A model generated the notes under the pieces. It searched no databases and was not told the DNA's origin. It saw nothing but the letters and a program-made list of their open reading frames with translations. Of a DNA stretch of 64,000 nt, positions 12,357-26,800 are shown piece after piece. Source of the stretch: Octopus vulgaris (taxonomy: Eukaryota); contig OX597814.1 of assembly GCA_951406725.2 (NCBI GenBank), positions 207,018,001 through 207,082,000 of the forward strand. The letters are read 5' to 3'. Both the position numbers and the translations under genes were made by a program. Position 1 is the stretch's first letter. Each line of letters starts with the position of its first letter.

Positions 12357-12879
12357 AACCAATATTGAAATAGAAGAAACATTTAAGACATGGAAATGCA
12401 TATTAGTTTTTGAATAGAGTCTACTTTCATAGAAGCACATTGCCATCTTGTGATGTCTTTAAAGAGGGACTTTAGTTCATGAAACTGGTGAAGAATATGG
12501 AAAAAATGATGGAGAGAGAAATAATCATTCTACTGTTTTTCTGAAACGATTGAATGAAGGAAACCAAGGTAGACGGTGCCTGTGAGTTGTCTAGGTTGAT
12601 TGTGTATTGGGGAGGCTTATTTCATTTTCTGCCTACCAGACCTACTCACAGAGCTTTGTTTGGCCTAAGGCTGTAGTTAAAGAGACTTTCCGAAGGTACC
12701 ATACATTGAGACAACTTAAATTAAGGCAATTAAAAGTAATAGCAACAGAAGCAGTATTAATACCAAAAGGCAATCTTTATATCCAACTAAATGTGAATGT
12801 TGTGTTAGAATACCAAATACTGCCTTATTTACCTTGAGAGGACCTCTCATATGGACACACAGTCCATAAAATTTTTTCC

Positions 12880-14110
12880 ATACAATTTAATATTTTTGGC
12901 ACTTGTATTCTTTTCCTCTCACTTGTATGCTTAGGTTCAATCACCTGCTGTGGTGTTGGTACTTGGAACGTATCATACAACCATTCCATTGACTCCTCCA
13001 ACTTCTTTGGTTCACTTTCCATGAATCTCTTTTTCAGAAGGTTCCTGTGTCTCTTTTGTATGCCTTTTCTACTTTTTACCCAATACATTATTTTTACCTA
13101 TTCATTTGGTAATTACGCCATCTTCCCAACTCTGCTTTCCATTCTTGTATGCCCTCATATACACCTTTTCACCAACTTTAAAGAGTCTTGCTATGTCTTC
13201 CCTGGCACGTTTTGTTTTCTTGCCAGGGAGCAATTTATCAAAGACTAACTTAACTTTCCTTGCAAACATCAGCTCCACTGGTGAGCTACTGGCTGGTGTA
13301 TTTGGATTTGGCGTCACACAGTACACTCTTAAAAATTGTTGTAGAGCTACCTCATTTGTAACTTCCTTATTCAACTTTCTTTGGGTTCTGTTGAAGGTGA
13401 TGACAAAGCGTTTTGCACTGTACTTTATATGTTCTACCGTGAATGTTTCACAAATTTTTTATAATCCACTAGACACAAAATGCATTCCATTGTTAGACAT
13501 TGTCTTGTCTGGGTGTAAAAAATATATCACAGTTGAGGGGGTTGGTTTTTTTTACATTTTACAGTTTCAGGCCATCTTGAGAAGCTATCAACTACCACTA
13601 AGTAGTAAGAACCATTTAAAGGACCAGCAAAATCGGCGTGCAGTCTTCACCATAGACCAATGTTTAGTTTTTATTGTTGGCAATTTTTTGTTTCATTTTG
13701 GCTTACATACCAGTGTTCCACTCTGTTTTACTGCATCAAACCTTTGACTGATCCAACTATATTTCCACACAAAGCACTTATGGGTGTATTCCATACTTTG
13801 AATAATTCCATCCACCCTGTGCCGAATAAATTAACTGAACTTTTTAACACAAATTTTGCCTTTTTTGTTTGCCTTTTTCATTTGACCTTGAAATGTTACA
13901 TTACATACAAATTCACAGAAAAAATATAATCTTTTTCCTGTTACACCATGTACTGCCTTTTTTGATTTAATTAATTTCAGCTTACCAACATATTTCCACG
14001 GTTTTTCATTTATAATGGTGATATCACTGACCATGTCCAACTGCATTTTAACTGATTTTCACCTTCATGAATTTCCTCATTGTTATATTGCCAATTTCTT
14101 CTGATGGCAT
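12880..14110 (-). mobile_element. Internally deleted Gypsy remnant (protease and integrase pieces)
   Basis: MQLDMVSDITIINE (decayed protease LDTG-like motif) and ALQQFLRVYCVTPNPNTP..SPVELMFARK (integrase C-terminus). Confidence 0.75.
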
Positions 14111-14179
14111 ACTATTTATTCTTTCTCCTTTGCTGTACCATTTTGTCATCTGCATTCTACAGTGCTTCTTTATTTGTCC

Positions 14180-16850
14180 TACTCTGTTGGACATGCACAC
14201 TGACACTGGCATGGAAGCATACTGGCTTCATTTCTTTCTACTCTACACATGTCTTCGGCTATCACAGCCCATGTTTCAATGCCATGTAGTGTAATTGTTC
14301 ACACACAAGCATTATGCAATCTGCCTTTCACTCTGAGGGAGATGCCCTTTGTTGTCAGTAGAGGTAGAAACTCTCTGAACTTTGCCCAGCGTAATCTTTT
14401 TCTCACAGCTATGCTCTTGGAGTATCCATCTTCGCTACTAACTTGGTCACCCAGGTAACAGAAGCTATCTACTACCTCTGGTATACCCCTAGTTGATGGA
14501 GCCTAAATTCTGCACACTTTCAGCGTTTATTGTACCTGTATATCTTCCACACACAAAAGCTATTTTTCCCTGTTAACCTTCCTCTGGCATTGCTGCATCT
14601 TTTATATTTCCAAAGCTTACACCAGGTCCATCTTATGGAATTTCTGCCCATGCCTTTTTTAAAGATCAAATAAGGCGATCTACCTGAAGGGATTTGTGAT
14701 TTGTTTGCCTTCCTACTTACTAGGACTTTGGTTTTTGCTAGATCAACTCTAAATCTCTTCAATTCTAAACCTTGCTTCCATACCTGAACCTTCTTTAGTT
14801 CTTGTAGTGATTCTACTATGAGAGCATAGAAGAGCTCCCAGGGAAGCCTGTCTAGAATTCCTCCGTTAATACCTGGAGGACTATGATGAACAAGCGGGGT
14901 TGAGCACCCTGAATTATTCACTGTACTCGTTACCAACCCTCACCTTACTGATAACATCCCTGTACAGGGCTTGTACAACTCTTACCAACCATTCATCTAT
15001 CCCTAGTTTCCGCATTGACCACCAGATAACGGATCAGAGAATTCTGTCAAAAGTTTTCTCCATGTCAACAAAAAGCCAGGTACAGAGGTTTATCTTTGGC
15101 TATATATTTCTCCTGCAACTGTCTTACCAGAAATATAGCATCAGTGGTGCTTCTGCCTGGCACAAAACCAAACTGCACTTCATCTAAACTAATTCCCTCC
15201 CTAAGTAGTTGGGCTACGGCCCTTTCCATGACTCATCCCCTGATCCAACTATTTGATACCTCTGTAATTATTTCTATCTAAATCATCACCTTTACCCTTG
15301 TAGCTGTTGACTATGGTGCTGCTACACCAGTCATTGAGTATGATTCCTTCATGAACTACCTGATTTACAATATGTGTGACTCAACTATAACCCACACCAC
15401 CAGATATTTTAAGCATCTCAGCAGTGATTACTGATGGGGTGGGGGCTTTCCCTGTCATCAAACCCTTAATTGCTTTATCCATCAAGGTACTGTCAATTTG
15501 GATAGACTCCCCTCCTCCCATTCATTCTCCACATTCAGCAGTCTTTCATAATAGCATTTCCATGCCTCTTTCTTTGCAGAATCATTAAACTCAAGTGCAC
15601 CATCATCGATGCACATACATTTCTCTCCTATAACATCACAATTTTATCTCACTCACTGTCTTACAATCTGAAACACATCAGTTCTTTGGTCCTCACATCA
15701 CTGAACAGAGGCAAACTTCTTTTCTGCTTCTCCCTTGGCTAGATATACCTGTCTCCTAGCTTTCTAGCTTCCCTTCAGGCAATTTAAACAGTTTCCTGCT
15801 ATCCCCACTCCTCCAGGTCTTCCAGGCCTGTTTCTTTGCTTTAATGGCCCTGTCTACTGCATCGTTCCACCACTATGTTACCCTAAGTCTGGAAGGGACT
15901 TTGCACCAGCTGCAGATTTGGTCTGTGGCACTCAGCAAGCTGTCTCACAGGAATTCCTAGTTGCCCTGTATGTCACAAGTCTGTAGCTCCTCCTCCTCCC
16001 TCTCATCAGATTTCTCAGTTTGGATGTCCCTAAATCTCTGACCATATGAGGGGTCCTTAAGCTTCCAAATTCTTCTTATCCAGATTGGTCTGCTTCTTGG
16101 CATCCTTCTGGCCTGGAGTCTAAAGACATTATTGATTAGTCTATGCTGGGGGGTACATTCTTCACCAGGGAAAGTCTTTGCATTTAAGAGCAACCATACA
16201 TCCCACTGTCTGGTCAGGATGTAATCAATCTGGTTAGCAGAAACACCTGACTGATAGGTTATCAGGTGGCTGATTGGCTTCCTGAAGTTGGTGTTGCAAG
16301 TCAGTTGGTTATTTGCATCACAGAACTTCAGTAGCCTTTTTCCATTTTCATTTCAGGAACCCATTCTATGGTTCCCATGTACACCATGGAAATTATTGGG
16401 CAGCCATCTGGCATGCCCATTTGAATCCCCCAGCCATGAAGTCGAGATCTTTGTCACTCATCTTTGAAGTAGGCTGCAGAAGAATATCACAAAAGTGGTC
16501 TATCTGAACATTTGGTAGGCCCACTTGTGGGATGTAGGCAAATATAATTGTAGCCATACAATTCTGTAAGACTAGCCTGAACTTAAGTATTCTATCACAT
16601 ATTCTAACTACCTCTATGACCTTATTCACCCATTTATTATCTAGAAGTATGCCCACCTCACTTGCCCCATCACTATTACCTTCCCAGAAGATTTTATACC
16701 CTTGCGTCTTGCCTGTGAGGAATCTGACTGATGCTCCTTTCCACCTTACCCCTTGAATGCAACATATCTCAACATGCCTCCTTTCAAGTATCTCTACAAT
16801 CTAGTTAGACCTACTTTTCAGTGTGTCTACATTGTGGGTGCCAACTCTAA
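14180..16850 (-). mobile_element. Degenerate RTE-clade LINE (APE + RT)
   Basis: APE segment GILLDNKWVNKVIEVVRICDRIL (16393-16656), QHRL motif, and RT/C-terminal pieces homologous to ORF 49319-50011. Confidence 0.85.
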
Positions 16851-17617
16851 AATTCGCACAGCTAAAACTTTTGTGTGTTTGTTAACTCCTCTTCAAGTTT
16901 CTATTAACCCCACATGAATTGGTTTATCCTGTTATAATTCTTAAAATGTTGAATTGTTTTAATGCCTATTTTGGGATACAGTATATTTAGTAAAACTAAT
17001 TAAGACACAACTATCTCTGACCACCTACCGTGTACTCTGGTACTTCACGTACTTCTCTTTACTTACAGTGACTAGGTTATTCCATTGGTCACATGGGAAG
17101 GGTATACCATTATTACTAATTCCCAACAACACTTGTACTCTGGTTTTGTTACTGAAATGTTTTTGGACATATGAGATGCAAGAAAAATAACCTCAACTTC
17201 AACATTCTTGATAGACATTTCAACAGAAAACACAAGACTCAGCAGTTTTAATCAGAATGGTGAGTGGAGAGAAGAAACAATACAACTTCAGCTACATGAA
17301 GACACCATTGCCACATGTTTAACTTCACTAACATCACATCAGTGGCCATGTAAAGTGTGGGAGTTTTTTCTGCTGCATTCACTATAATACCATATTGACA
17401 TAGGTTTCATGTCTCTCAGAAGACAGGCAGGCCATACACAGAATAGCTTTGATCTGAATGACAAAGTAATTTTCCCCTCTTGTCTGTTTCTGATTAGAAA
17501 TGAACCATTAAATATTTCAAATATTTTGTCATGCTTTTGTTATATTAAATCTCTTCTATTTGCAAAAATGAAAAAATTAAGCATAAAAATAATTCTGATT
17601 GTTTTTTGTTTTAACAG

Positions 17618-17663
17618 AAATTTCGTGAATATCTCTTAAAAACTGAAAAATTTCATTCAAAAG
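17618..17663 (+). CDS. Macro-PARP exon D1 (terminal helix of macrodomain)
   Basis: TTTTAACAG| and AAAG|GTAAAT; 46 nt, phase 0 to 1; KFREYLLKTEKFHSK + G, joining exon A2 as GAC. Confidence 0.8.
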
Positions 17664-18225
17664 GTAAATAATTTGTTCATTAATATTGAATATTATTATG
17701 ACCTCTATACCTGTGGGGTGTGCCCTGGCACCTGGCCTTCCACCATTTATTTCTCTCTTCCTTACTTTACCATCCCATCTAGGCCATGGTCCCTATCCTT
17801 TGCGAGGATACCCTGGCACCTCTCTTCCACTCCCACTCTCCCTCTCTCCCTTTGCTTTCCCTCTGGTAGGGTAACCACGTATCTCCCTCCTTCTGTCCTC
17901 TCTCTCCGTCCCTCTCTCTCACATTGGGTAACCGTGTATCTCCTCTTCAGCAATAAAATATACGAAGCCCAGTATACCCACCATGACTACCCGTCTGATA
18001 AGGGTACACCAGGCACATGCATATGTACACGACATGGTGATCTCATATCAAGATAAACAGCACATGACATTGCAGCTGGGGCCCAGTTAGAATTTTCTTC
18101 AGGTTGAGTAACCCATCCCGATCAAAAGGTCTCTGAATAAGGGTTGTTTAAGGATGTTGAACGATCCACCCATGTTTCCAAAGGTGAATTATCCAAACCT
18201 CCAAGAATTCCTTTCAACACACGGC

Positions 18226-18268
<43 letters not shown>

Positions 18269-19394
18269 TAGGTAGCGAACTAGCAGAATTGTTAGTAGGT
18301 CAGGCAAAATGCCTGATGGTATTCCATCGGTCTTTATTATTATTATTGAGTGAGAGAGCAGTTCATGCCATCAAAGTGACACTGGGGTAAAATATACGAA
18401 GCCCAATATACCCATCATGACTACCCGTCTGATAAGGCCACACCAGGCACATGCATCACAACCATATGTACGCGACATGGTGATCTCATATCAAGGTAAA
18501 CAGCACATGACATTGCAGGTGGGGCCCAGTTAGAATTTTCTTCAGGTTGAGTAGCCCATCCCACTCAAACGGTCCCTGAATAAGGGTTGTTTAAGGATGT
18601 TGAAAGAACCACCCATGTTTCCAGAGGTGAATTATTCAAACCCCAAAGAATCCCTCTCAACACATGGCTATGATGCTCCCCCACTACTTCTGCTCGCGAT
18701 CAGAGATGCACATATCGTCAGCCACTAAGGGACATGCTCAACTGGTTAAGGTCAAACAACTGACAAGCAAATCTATGGTATTGAGCAGAATATTTGCTGT
18801 AGCCCATCTTTTATACCAAGACAAAACAATGTACATGATAACACTTCCAATCAGTTAAGATCAGAAGCCATGAGAGCCATTGCCTGGTACTGCATCAGGG
18901 CATTTATTATTATTATTATTATCATTATTATTATTATTATCATTATTATTATTATTATCATTATTATTATTATTATTATTTTGTTGTTGTTGTTGTTGTT
19001 GTTATAATGTGAGAAGCTCATTGAATCAGTAGCACGCCAGACAAAATGCTTAGCAACATGTCATCCATTTATGCAGTCTGAGTTCAGTCATCTGTGAATA
19101 ACTTTGCCTTTCATCCTTTCAGGGTCAATAAAATGAATACTGGTCAAGCACTGACCAGTATTCATTTTGATGTGATGGACAAGCCCCCTCCTTTAAAATT
19201 TCAGGCCTTGTGCCTATAATCGAAAGGATTATTATTATTGTTGTTGTTGTTGTTGTGGTTCCCTAACACAGAGCTTTTATGTTTGGGTTGTATCTTTTGC
19301 TTTACTATTCAGCATATTAACAATCCCAAAACCATTGCTAATGGTCCAGGAGAGGCATACTAGCCCAGACTTGGCTTGGCACATATGGTTACAC

Positions 19395-19770
19395 TTTTTT
19401 ACTCGTTTACTTGTTTCACTCATTTGACTGTGGCCATACTGGAGCACCACCTTTAGTCGAGCAAATCGACCCCGGGGCTTATTCTTTGTAAGCCTAGTAC
19501 TTATTCTATCGGTCTCTTTTGCCGAACCACTAGGTTATGGGAACGTAAACACACTAGTATCAGTTGTCAAGTGATGTTGGGGGGACAAACATACACACAC
19601 ACACACATATATATGACGGGCTTCTTTCAGTTTCTGTCTACCAAATCCACTCACAAGGCTTTGGTTGGCCCGAGGCTATAGTAGAAGACACTTGCCCAAG
19701 GTACTATGCAGTGGGACTGAACCAGGAACCATGTGGTTCGTAAGCAAGCTACTTACCACACAGCCACTCC
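19395..19770 (-). mobile_element. tRNA-derived octopus-type SINE (duplicate of 4709-5084)
   Basis: Same sequence within the segmental duplication. Confidence 0.8.
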
Positions 19771-21647
19771 TTGTTGAAGAAAAGCAAGACTTAGTAGTTC
19801 AATAGCAGCGGAAGACGAAAGATATGTCTTGTCAAGAAAAAGCATTACATTCAAGAACTCTCTTCATCCACACACTTAACTAAAACCTAAACTGCAAGGG
19901 TGAGGTTTAATGCTCAGGCCCATATGAAAGGATTATAAACATTAGGACTTTGACTATCAGTCTCTCCACTACCACAAGTGAAAGTCCACGACAGAGTTGA
20001 GCTACTTTAACCATATGAATATAAACGTAAACAAGATGTGTTCAGAAGATGTCTGACCTTTAGACATACAGAAAACCCCTTTGTACGTTTCACAAATTTT
20101 ATTTAATCACCTTCAAAATATCCCCAGTGGGAGTTCACAATTTTCTCCCAGACCTTCTGTTGCTACTGGCAACACTTCTGGAGTGCCTTTCCTGGAATAC
20201 TATGAAACTCTGTTGTTACTTTTCACATCATTTCCTCTCGCAGCTGAAATTGTGTCTCTTTCAGCATGGTTAGCATGGTTTTTAATTTTGTGGAAGAGCC
20301 GAAAGTCACGTGGTGCCAAGTCAGGAGTGTAGGAGGCCTGTCAAACAAATGGTGTGTTGTTCTTGACCAGGAGATCTTGGATTTGACTCTCTTATTGCAC
20401 TGACACTCCCCACATGCACAGATCATTCATTAAAATGGAATGCATTATTTTCACAGCTTCCACAAACCAGATGTGGAACTTGCTGACAGAAAGCTACTGC
20501 AACTTTTCCATACCAACCACTCTGATGAGCACAGTCTTAGATAATCACCTAATTACCCAATATCAGGTGCAAAACAAATTTGTAAGAATGGTTGAAATAG
20601 ATTTATAATACTGAATAGTTTACGCTTAATATGTCCCCTCCGTGGTGGGGACACTGGCAACGGGTAGGTGTCAGAGCTATGCCGTCGGGAACTTCGGTTC
20701 CTGGTAGTGCCACCCAAGGCGGATTGGTCTGACACCGAGTGGTATTAGGGACACAACCCGGCAGACGGGGCTCTGGTAAAAATCCTCGGAGTGTATGCTT
20801 CAGTAACTGGCGGCTCCTCGGTCGTTCTGTCTCTGTGTCTGCGTACAATCTGTGGCAAACAAGATGTCTCCACATGTGGGATTGTTGGTGACCGCTTGTG
20901 AAATCCACATATCCCCACGAAACTTCTTCCATGAGTAGAAGAAGCCGACACAACCCACCCAGAGAGAATGTTGCCACAAGTACAAGTAAGTAATATACCC
21001 ACACTGTTGAAAAATGTACGAGTGCGTGTTTTTCTGACTTACAGACTCACGGACTGTATCATTATCCTCATCCTCATTTAATGTCCATCATTTATTCTGG
21101 CATGGGTTACACAGTTTGACATGATCTGATGACCACCAGATCTGTTTTAGGCTCCAAGCTCAGCTTTGGCATGGTTTCTATGGCTGGCTGGCTGGCTGGC
21201 TGGTTGCCCTTCATATTGCCAACCATTTTACAGTGTGCTTTTCTCATGGCACCAGCACTGGTGAGGTCACCAAGTATCTTGCAAAACAAAGCAAAGAATG
21301 GAAAAGGATAAAAACCCCCAATGGAATTGGGGTGGGGAAATGCCTTGATGCCTTGGGTAGAAATTCTAAAGTTTGCCAGAGGGTCAAACATAGTTGTCTG
21401 GATATAGGGGAGACTCATGGCCTCCTCATATTTATGCAAGGGTGCATGACAGTATCTGGAGGGAGAAAGATGGTGGTAATAGGGTTCCAGAGCACACTTT
21501 CCATAACCTAGTGGTTTATGAAAGGATGTTGATAGAATAAGTATCTGGCTTTAAAATATTAATGTATTGGGTTGATTCATTTGACTAAAAATTCTTCAAC
21601 GTGGTGCCCCAGCATGGCCACATTCAAATGACTGAAACAAGTAAAAA

Positions 21648-21683
<36 letters not shown>

Positions 21684-21704
21684 ATATTTGTCTATTTTTT
21701 TCAG

Positions 21705-21841
21705 ACACTGCATCATCGAAAGCATCCCTTCCTGGTTCACAACAGGAACCCTCTTCTGTGGTACACAGAACTAATGTGGCATCTGGAGAAAATGCTGGCA
21801 TTAAAATAAACCTAATGATTGATTCAATTTCTAATGTATCT
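21705..21841 (+). CDS. Macro-PARP exon A2
   Basis: Identical to A1 by eye; AG/GT sites intact. Confidence 0.85.
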
Positions 21842-22161
21842 GTGAGTAAATAGATTCACGTAACTTATTTATATTTAATTGTTATTTCATTTTCAAATGA
21901 GGAATCATTACAGTTAATTAAAACATTTAATCATTACAGTTAATTAAAACATTTAATTAAAACGTTTTCTCAATCTAACTCAAACATTTTATTTCCTTCA
22001 CATCTGATATCTTGAATATATCTTTTGCTAACTTTAACAACCTCAGACTTACTACAGCCATTCTGTAGAGCCTTTCTTAACAACAATATCAACTGCAACA
22101 ATGTATCTCTCTTCTCTCCATGGAATGTTCCTTAGCTGTTTATTATTAATTACTTTTGTAG

Positions 22162-22389
22162 GTTGATGTCATCGTTAACAGCAGCAATGAAGAACTCCAG
22201 CTTGACAGTGGTGCTGTCTCCAAATCTATTCTCAATGCTGCTTGTCTAGAGATACAAGATGAATGTAACCAGAAATATCCTCGAGGTATTTCTACGTCTG
22301 AAATTGCCATCACTAAAGGATATTGCCTCAAATGTAAGAATGTATTTCATCTGGCATTACGTTCCTGGGATAAAAATTCCTCTGATTCA
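22162..22389 (+). CDS. Macro-PARP exon B2
   Basis: As B1 except HLALRSWDKN instead of HLALPEWDEN; AG/GT intact. Confidence 0.92.
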
Positions 22390-22421
22390 GTAAGTATCAA
22401 TCATATTATATTGATTTATTG

Positions 22422-22636
22422 GAAGGCGGTGAGCTGGCAGATATGTTAGGATGCTGGGCGAAATGCTTAGCAATATTTCATCTGTCTTTACATTCTGAGT
22501 TCAAATTCCACCAATGTCGACTCTGCCTTTCATCCTTTTGGGTCAATAAATTAAGTACCAGTTGTGTATTGGGGTCAATCTAATCGACTGGACCCCTCCT
22601 ACAAAATTTCAGGCCTTGTGCCTAAAGTAAAAAAGG
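22422..22636 (+). mobile_element. tRNA-derived SINE (duplicate of 7519-7733)
   Basis: Same sequence and TSD. Confidence 0.8.
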
Positions 22637-22695
22637 ATATTGATTTATTGAAACAGTTAATAATTGAGAAGAACCTTATGCATGTCCATTATTTA

Positions 22696-23002
22696 TATTA
22701 TTACATTTGACGGATATTTGTCCTCATCTTATTTGTTGTTAACACAACGTTTCAGCTGATATACCCTCCAGCCTTCATCAGGTGTCTTGGGGAAATTTCA
22801 AACCTGGGTTCTCATTCCTAAAGTATTTTTCGAAGTTATTATTATTATTACTATTCAGGTCACTACCTGGAATCAAACTCGGAATAAAGGGGTTAGTAGC
22901 CCGCACTCTCTATCACCATGCCGTATGCCTACAGGCATACGGCATAGTGGTTAAAGTGTGGGCTGCTAATCCCTAGATTCTGAGTTCAATTCGAGACAGT
23001 GA

Positions 23003-23063
<61 letters not shown>

Positions 23064-23245
23064 AATAATAACATTGAAAAATACCTTAGGAATGAGAACC
23101 CAGCTTCGAAATTTCCCCAAGACACCTGATGAAGGCTGGAGGGTATATCAGTTGAAACGTTGTGTTAGCAACAAACAAGATGAGGACAAATATCTGTCAT
23201 ATGTAAATAATGTACATAATTCCTCATCTCTTAAATATAGAACTG
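22696..23245. mobile_element. Palindromic tRNA-head/hammerhead element (duplicate copy)
   Basis: Centre 22931-22932; hammerhead motifs at 22741-22786 (-) and 23121-23166 (+). Confidence 0.85.
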
Positions 23246-23639
23246 TATCAGTTATATGACTGATAAATAAGACTATATTAAAACATATTTCTCTGTTTTA
23301 CTCTCTGTATTGGTGAGTTTTTCTCTGTCATGGCACGAGCACTAGAGAGGTTGTCATGTCCTCAACAACACTAAAGACTCCTCTTGGGTCTGCATTGTCT
23401 CTCTTCATTCACCAACCATTTCACACGGTGGATGGGGTCTGTTTTATTGTAGCAGCATCATGAGTGAGGTTGCCTTGTCCCTTGCAGGACTAAAGAGTGA
23501 TAGGAATGACAGATGTGTTTAGAAGTGGTAGGAGTGAGAGGAGGATATATTTATTACAACTTAATGGTTTCTTCCTGTAATAAGAAAATAATTTAATAAA
23601 ATGTTCATTAACAATTACTAAACAATTATATTTTATTAG

Positions 23640-23867
23640 ATTCTGGCAAACTTGACTCAAATAATGACCATTTGTCTGGAAGAAGCTGAGAGAATGGGTG
23701 CAAAAAGCCTGGCATTTCCTATATTAGGGGCTGAAATGAAATACCCCATTGAAAAACTACCCAGAACAATGTATGAAGCAGTGAAAAACTACTCGGATCA
23801 AAAATCAAGCCAGATCAAAGATGTTTGCTTTGTGGTTTTACCTGAAGAAGACACAGAAATAGTAAAG
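23640..23867 (+). CDS. Macro-PARP exon C2
   Basis: As C1 with one Y>C change; AG/GT intact. Confidence 0.92.
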
Positions 23868-26800
23868 GTTGGTTGATGGATTTGTTGTTTTATGTTGATA
23901 TTTTTGGAATTCATCGAAAAAAATATTCTGCAACAAAGGAAGGAAATAGAAACAAAAATATAGTACTGTGCAAAAGTCTTTGGCCACTTTAAACAATTGT
24001 AAATTTCTAGTAATTGCCAACTTATAAGTGGATTTGTCACATTGTGTTTGTTTACAGATGAAACATTGGCCCTGTTGGAGTTAATTCCATACTTAATCAT
24101 TGTATTTTGTAGTAGAAGTTCCGAATGAGAGGGGAAGATGTGATGAGGCTTTCTGACAAATTCTCACTGATATGTTGGCACGTTAAAAGCACCATTCGAT
24201 CGTGGCCGTTGCCAGCCTCGCCTGGCACGTAAAAAGCACCCACTACACTCACAGAGTGGTTGGCGTTAGGAAGGGCATCCAGCTGTAGAAACATTGCCAG
24301 ATCAGACTGGGCCTGGTGCAGCTTTCTGGCTTCCCAGACCCCAGTTGAACCGTCCAACCCATGCTAGCATGGAAAGCGGATGCTAAACGATGATGATGAT
24401 GATGATGATGAATGCCACCTTAGAAAAGAGCTCGTATTGGTCACAAAACTGGTCAGAGCAGAGACATTAAAGAGAAGGAGAGCAAATGAATCCTCACACG
24501 GGACTGCACTAAGACATTCACAAAATGCTGCCTACACAGCCAATGCGAGAGCCATGGAAGCGAGGGGCAGAGTAGTAGTTGCCTGATCAGAAATGCTGCA
24601 TTAACAGCTTCATTACACACAAACCTGAGTCAGTCACAGCACATTATTCTTTGTAATAGGGATGCTACATCAACTGCAGCCACGTGAGCTGCAGAGAATG
24701 AAGAACAGCATGCCATTCGATAGTCTTTCTTTTTTATATGTATTTTCATCAATTTCAAGTCATTATATACCCATATGTTTCAAATTTCCAAAGAAAAACC
24801 AGTATTTTTCTCTGTCTTTGCAGTTGTGACATATTTCAAAAATATTTTGTACATTTTTGTGAATTTTGGTACATTTTGGTATGGAATTCTATACATTTTT
24901 CAAAAAAACTTTGGCAGCCCAAGTTGTTAGACTAGAAAATAAGTGTTCTTAGAATGACGAAGCATTCAAACCCTTTGAAAACCCAAGTACCTCTGCTTGT
25001 AGTAATTATAATTAGCAGTACAAAACGAGGATTAGATGTATGCCAGGTTGGACAAACAAGAGTTGATTATCTGAACATTTTCTTTTACTTACTTCCACTT
25101 CATGAGGCAAGGATTGATGAGTTAAGAAATGGAAGAATGGTAACCCTTAACGCTCTCGAGCCATTGTACAGGACACACTGAGAGAAACAAAAGCCCATAA
25201 AACAATAGGAGTTAAAAGTCATCGATAAGAATGAATGATGCAACATCAAATGGAAAAGTGTCTACATCCAGTTTAGGACACAAACAAACTTGTGTTGCAA
25301 GAGGGAAGAGATATGGCACCGTAGAGGTGAAATTTTTCTGACAGGAGAAGGCAAGGAAGCACTTCACTTTGAACCTAAAAAATGAAACCTGCTTCTGTTA
25401 CCCATATACTTGGGTTAGAGAGTGGTGAAAATAAAAACTACAGACATACCACCAGAAATAAACATTTGCTGGTTGGTGGCAGTTGTCCTTCTGGACATTG
25501 AGGGTCACACAAACATCGTACGTGTGTGGAAAGTTGGGCAAGACTTAGAGTTGTGGGTGCAAATAGATTACAAAACTTAATAAACAATTCTGGACATCAT
25601 AAATTTACCACATGACACCAAACTCCAGATACCCTTCGAAGGTAGAAATCTGATGTGTCACCTATGTGGGGACACAAATCATCTAAAGGTTTTCTGCCCA
25701 CAACAAATGAGAGAAGGGAGACCCTCACTTCTGCCAACACCATCACCACTACCACCACAACCACAACAGCAGATGCAAGTGACTACTATGGATATAAAAG
25801 CAACTGCAACAGGAATCACAGCAACACTGACAACAAGAACAACAGCAACAAACAGAACAGAGAACTCACAAACGTCTACGGCTTTAATATGCCAGGGAGT
25901 AGCAAAAGCAACAGCATCAGAATTTGCCAAAACATGAACTTTATTCTTAGCAAAAAAAACAAAAATCTCCTCTAAACATGTCCATTCCATGTTTGTATTT
26001 GTCTGATAGGTACCGACTGGATTTATTGAAAGTGCCAGTATGGATTTTGGATGAATCGCATCAGGTCATTCAGATCGCATCTTGACAGGATGTTCTGTAG
26101 GTCAGTAGATAAGGATAGTGTAAGTTGTCCACTTTTAAAAATCATTGGCTACATCGACCACGTATGTATGATTTCTACAGTTGACCTAGATAGGCTTAAG
26201 AAGGCAGGAACTCGGCTACTGGGAGCTGAATGTGTCACTGTTGGCATGTCAGGCTTACAGAGACTGGATTAAAGAATTAGTTAAGCATCGACAGGGGCAA
26301 TCATCGACAACACATGGTAGCTTGCACTGAAAAGACCAGTTAGAGTAAAATCAATTGCCAGTAAAGATTAGTGTTAGAAAGAAATAAAATAGAAGGGAAA
26401 TTAGAAACTTAGAAAAGGCAATTAGAAAATGCATCATAACTGACATACTGGCTGTGAGATTGGCCCCTGGGTCACTTCTTCAATGCTAAACACAAAAGTT
26501 GCATTGTCAGAGCTAAAATGCTTGCACTGAGACAAGTCAGAATGAAAATCATCCAATGGACCTCAGTGGCAGAGCTCCAATACTAGCAACAAAGCCACAA
26601 TTTGGTTTTTGGTGGACCAAAATGGGTACATGGTATTCGAACCCAAGCAGAGGTGTGTGGCATTTCAACAGCACTTCACCCAACAGTTTGGAATGAATGG
26701 CAGTCCAGAACGCAGGATGAATTTCAGTGCTTACCTTGCAGACATACCATAACTCTTGGTAAGTGGGGCATAGCCTTACAAAATGTTGATAACAGCTGCA

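Larger units (their letters stand above)
3289..17952. repeat. Tandem segmental duplication, copy 1 (~14.7 kb)
   Basis: Colinear and near-identical to 17954-32897 (same ORFs, TE fragments and exons at ~14.7-14.96 kb offset). Confidence 0.95.

Noticed and set aside
13106-13747. 213-218 aa plus-strand ORFs (also 27891-28547)
   Set aside because: Antisense to the Gypsy remnant and not conserved in frame between the two duplicate copies.
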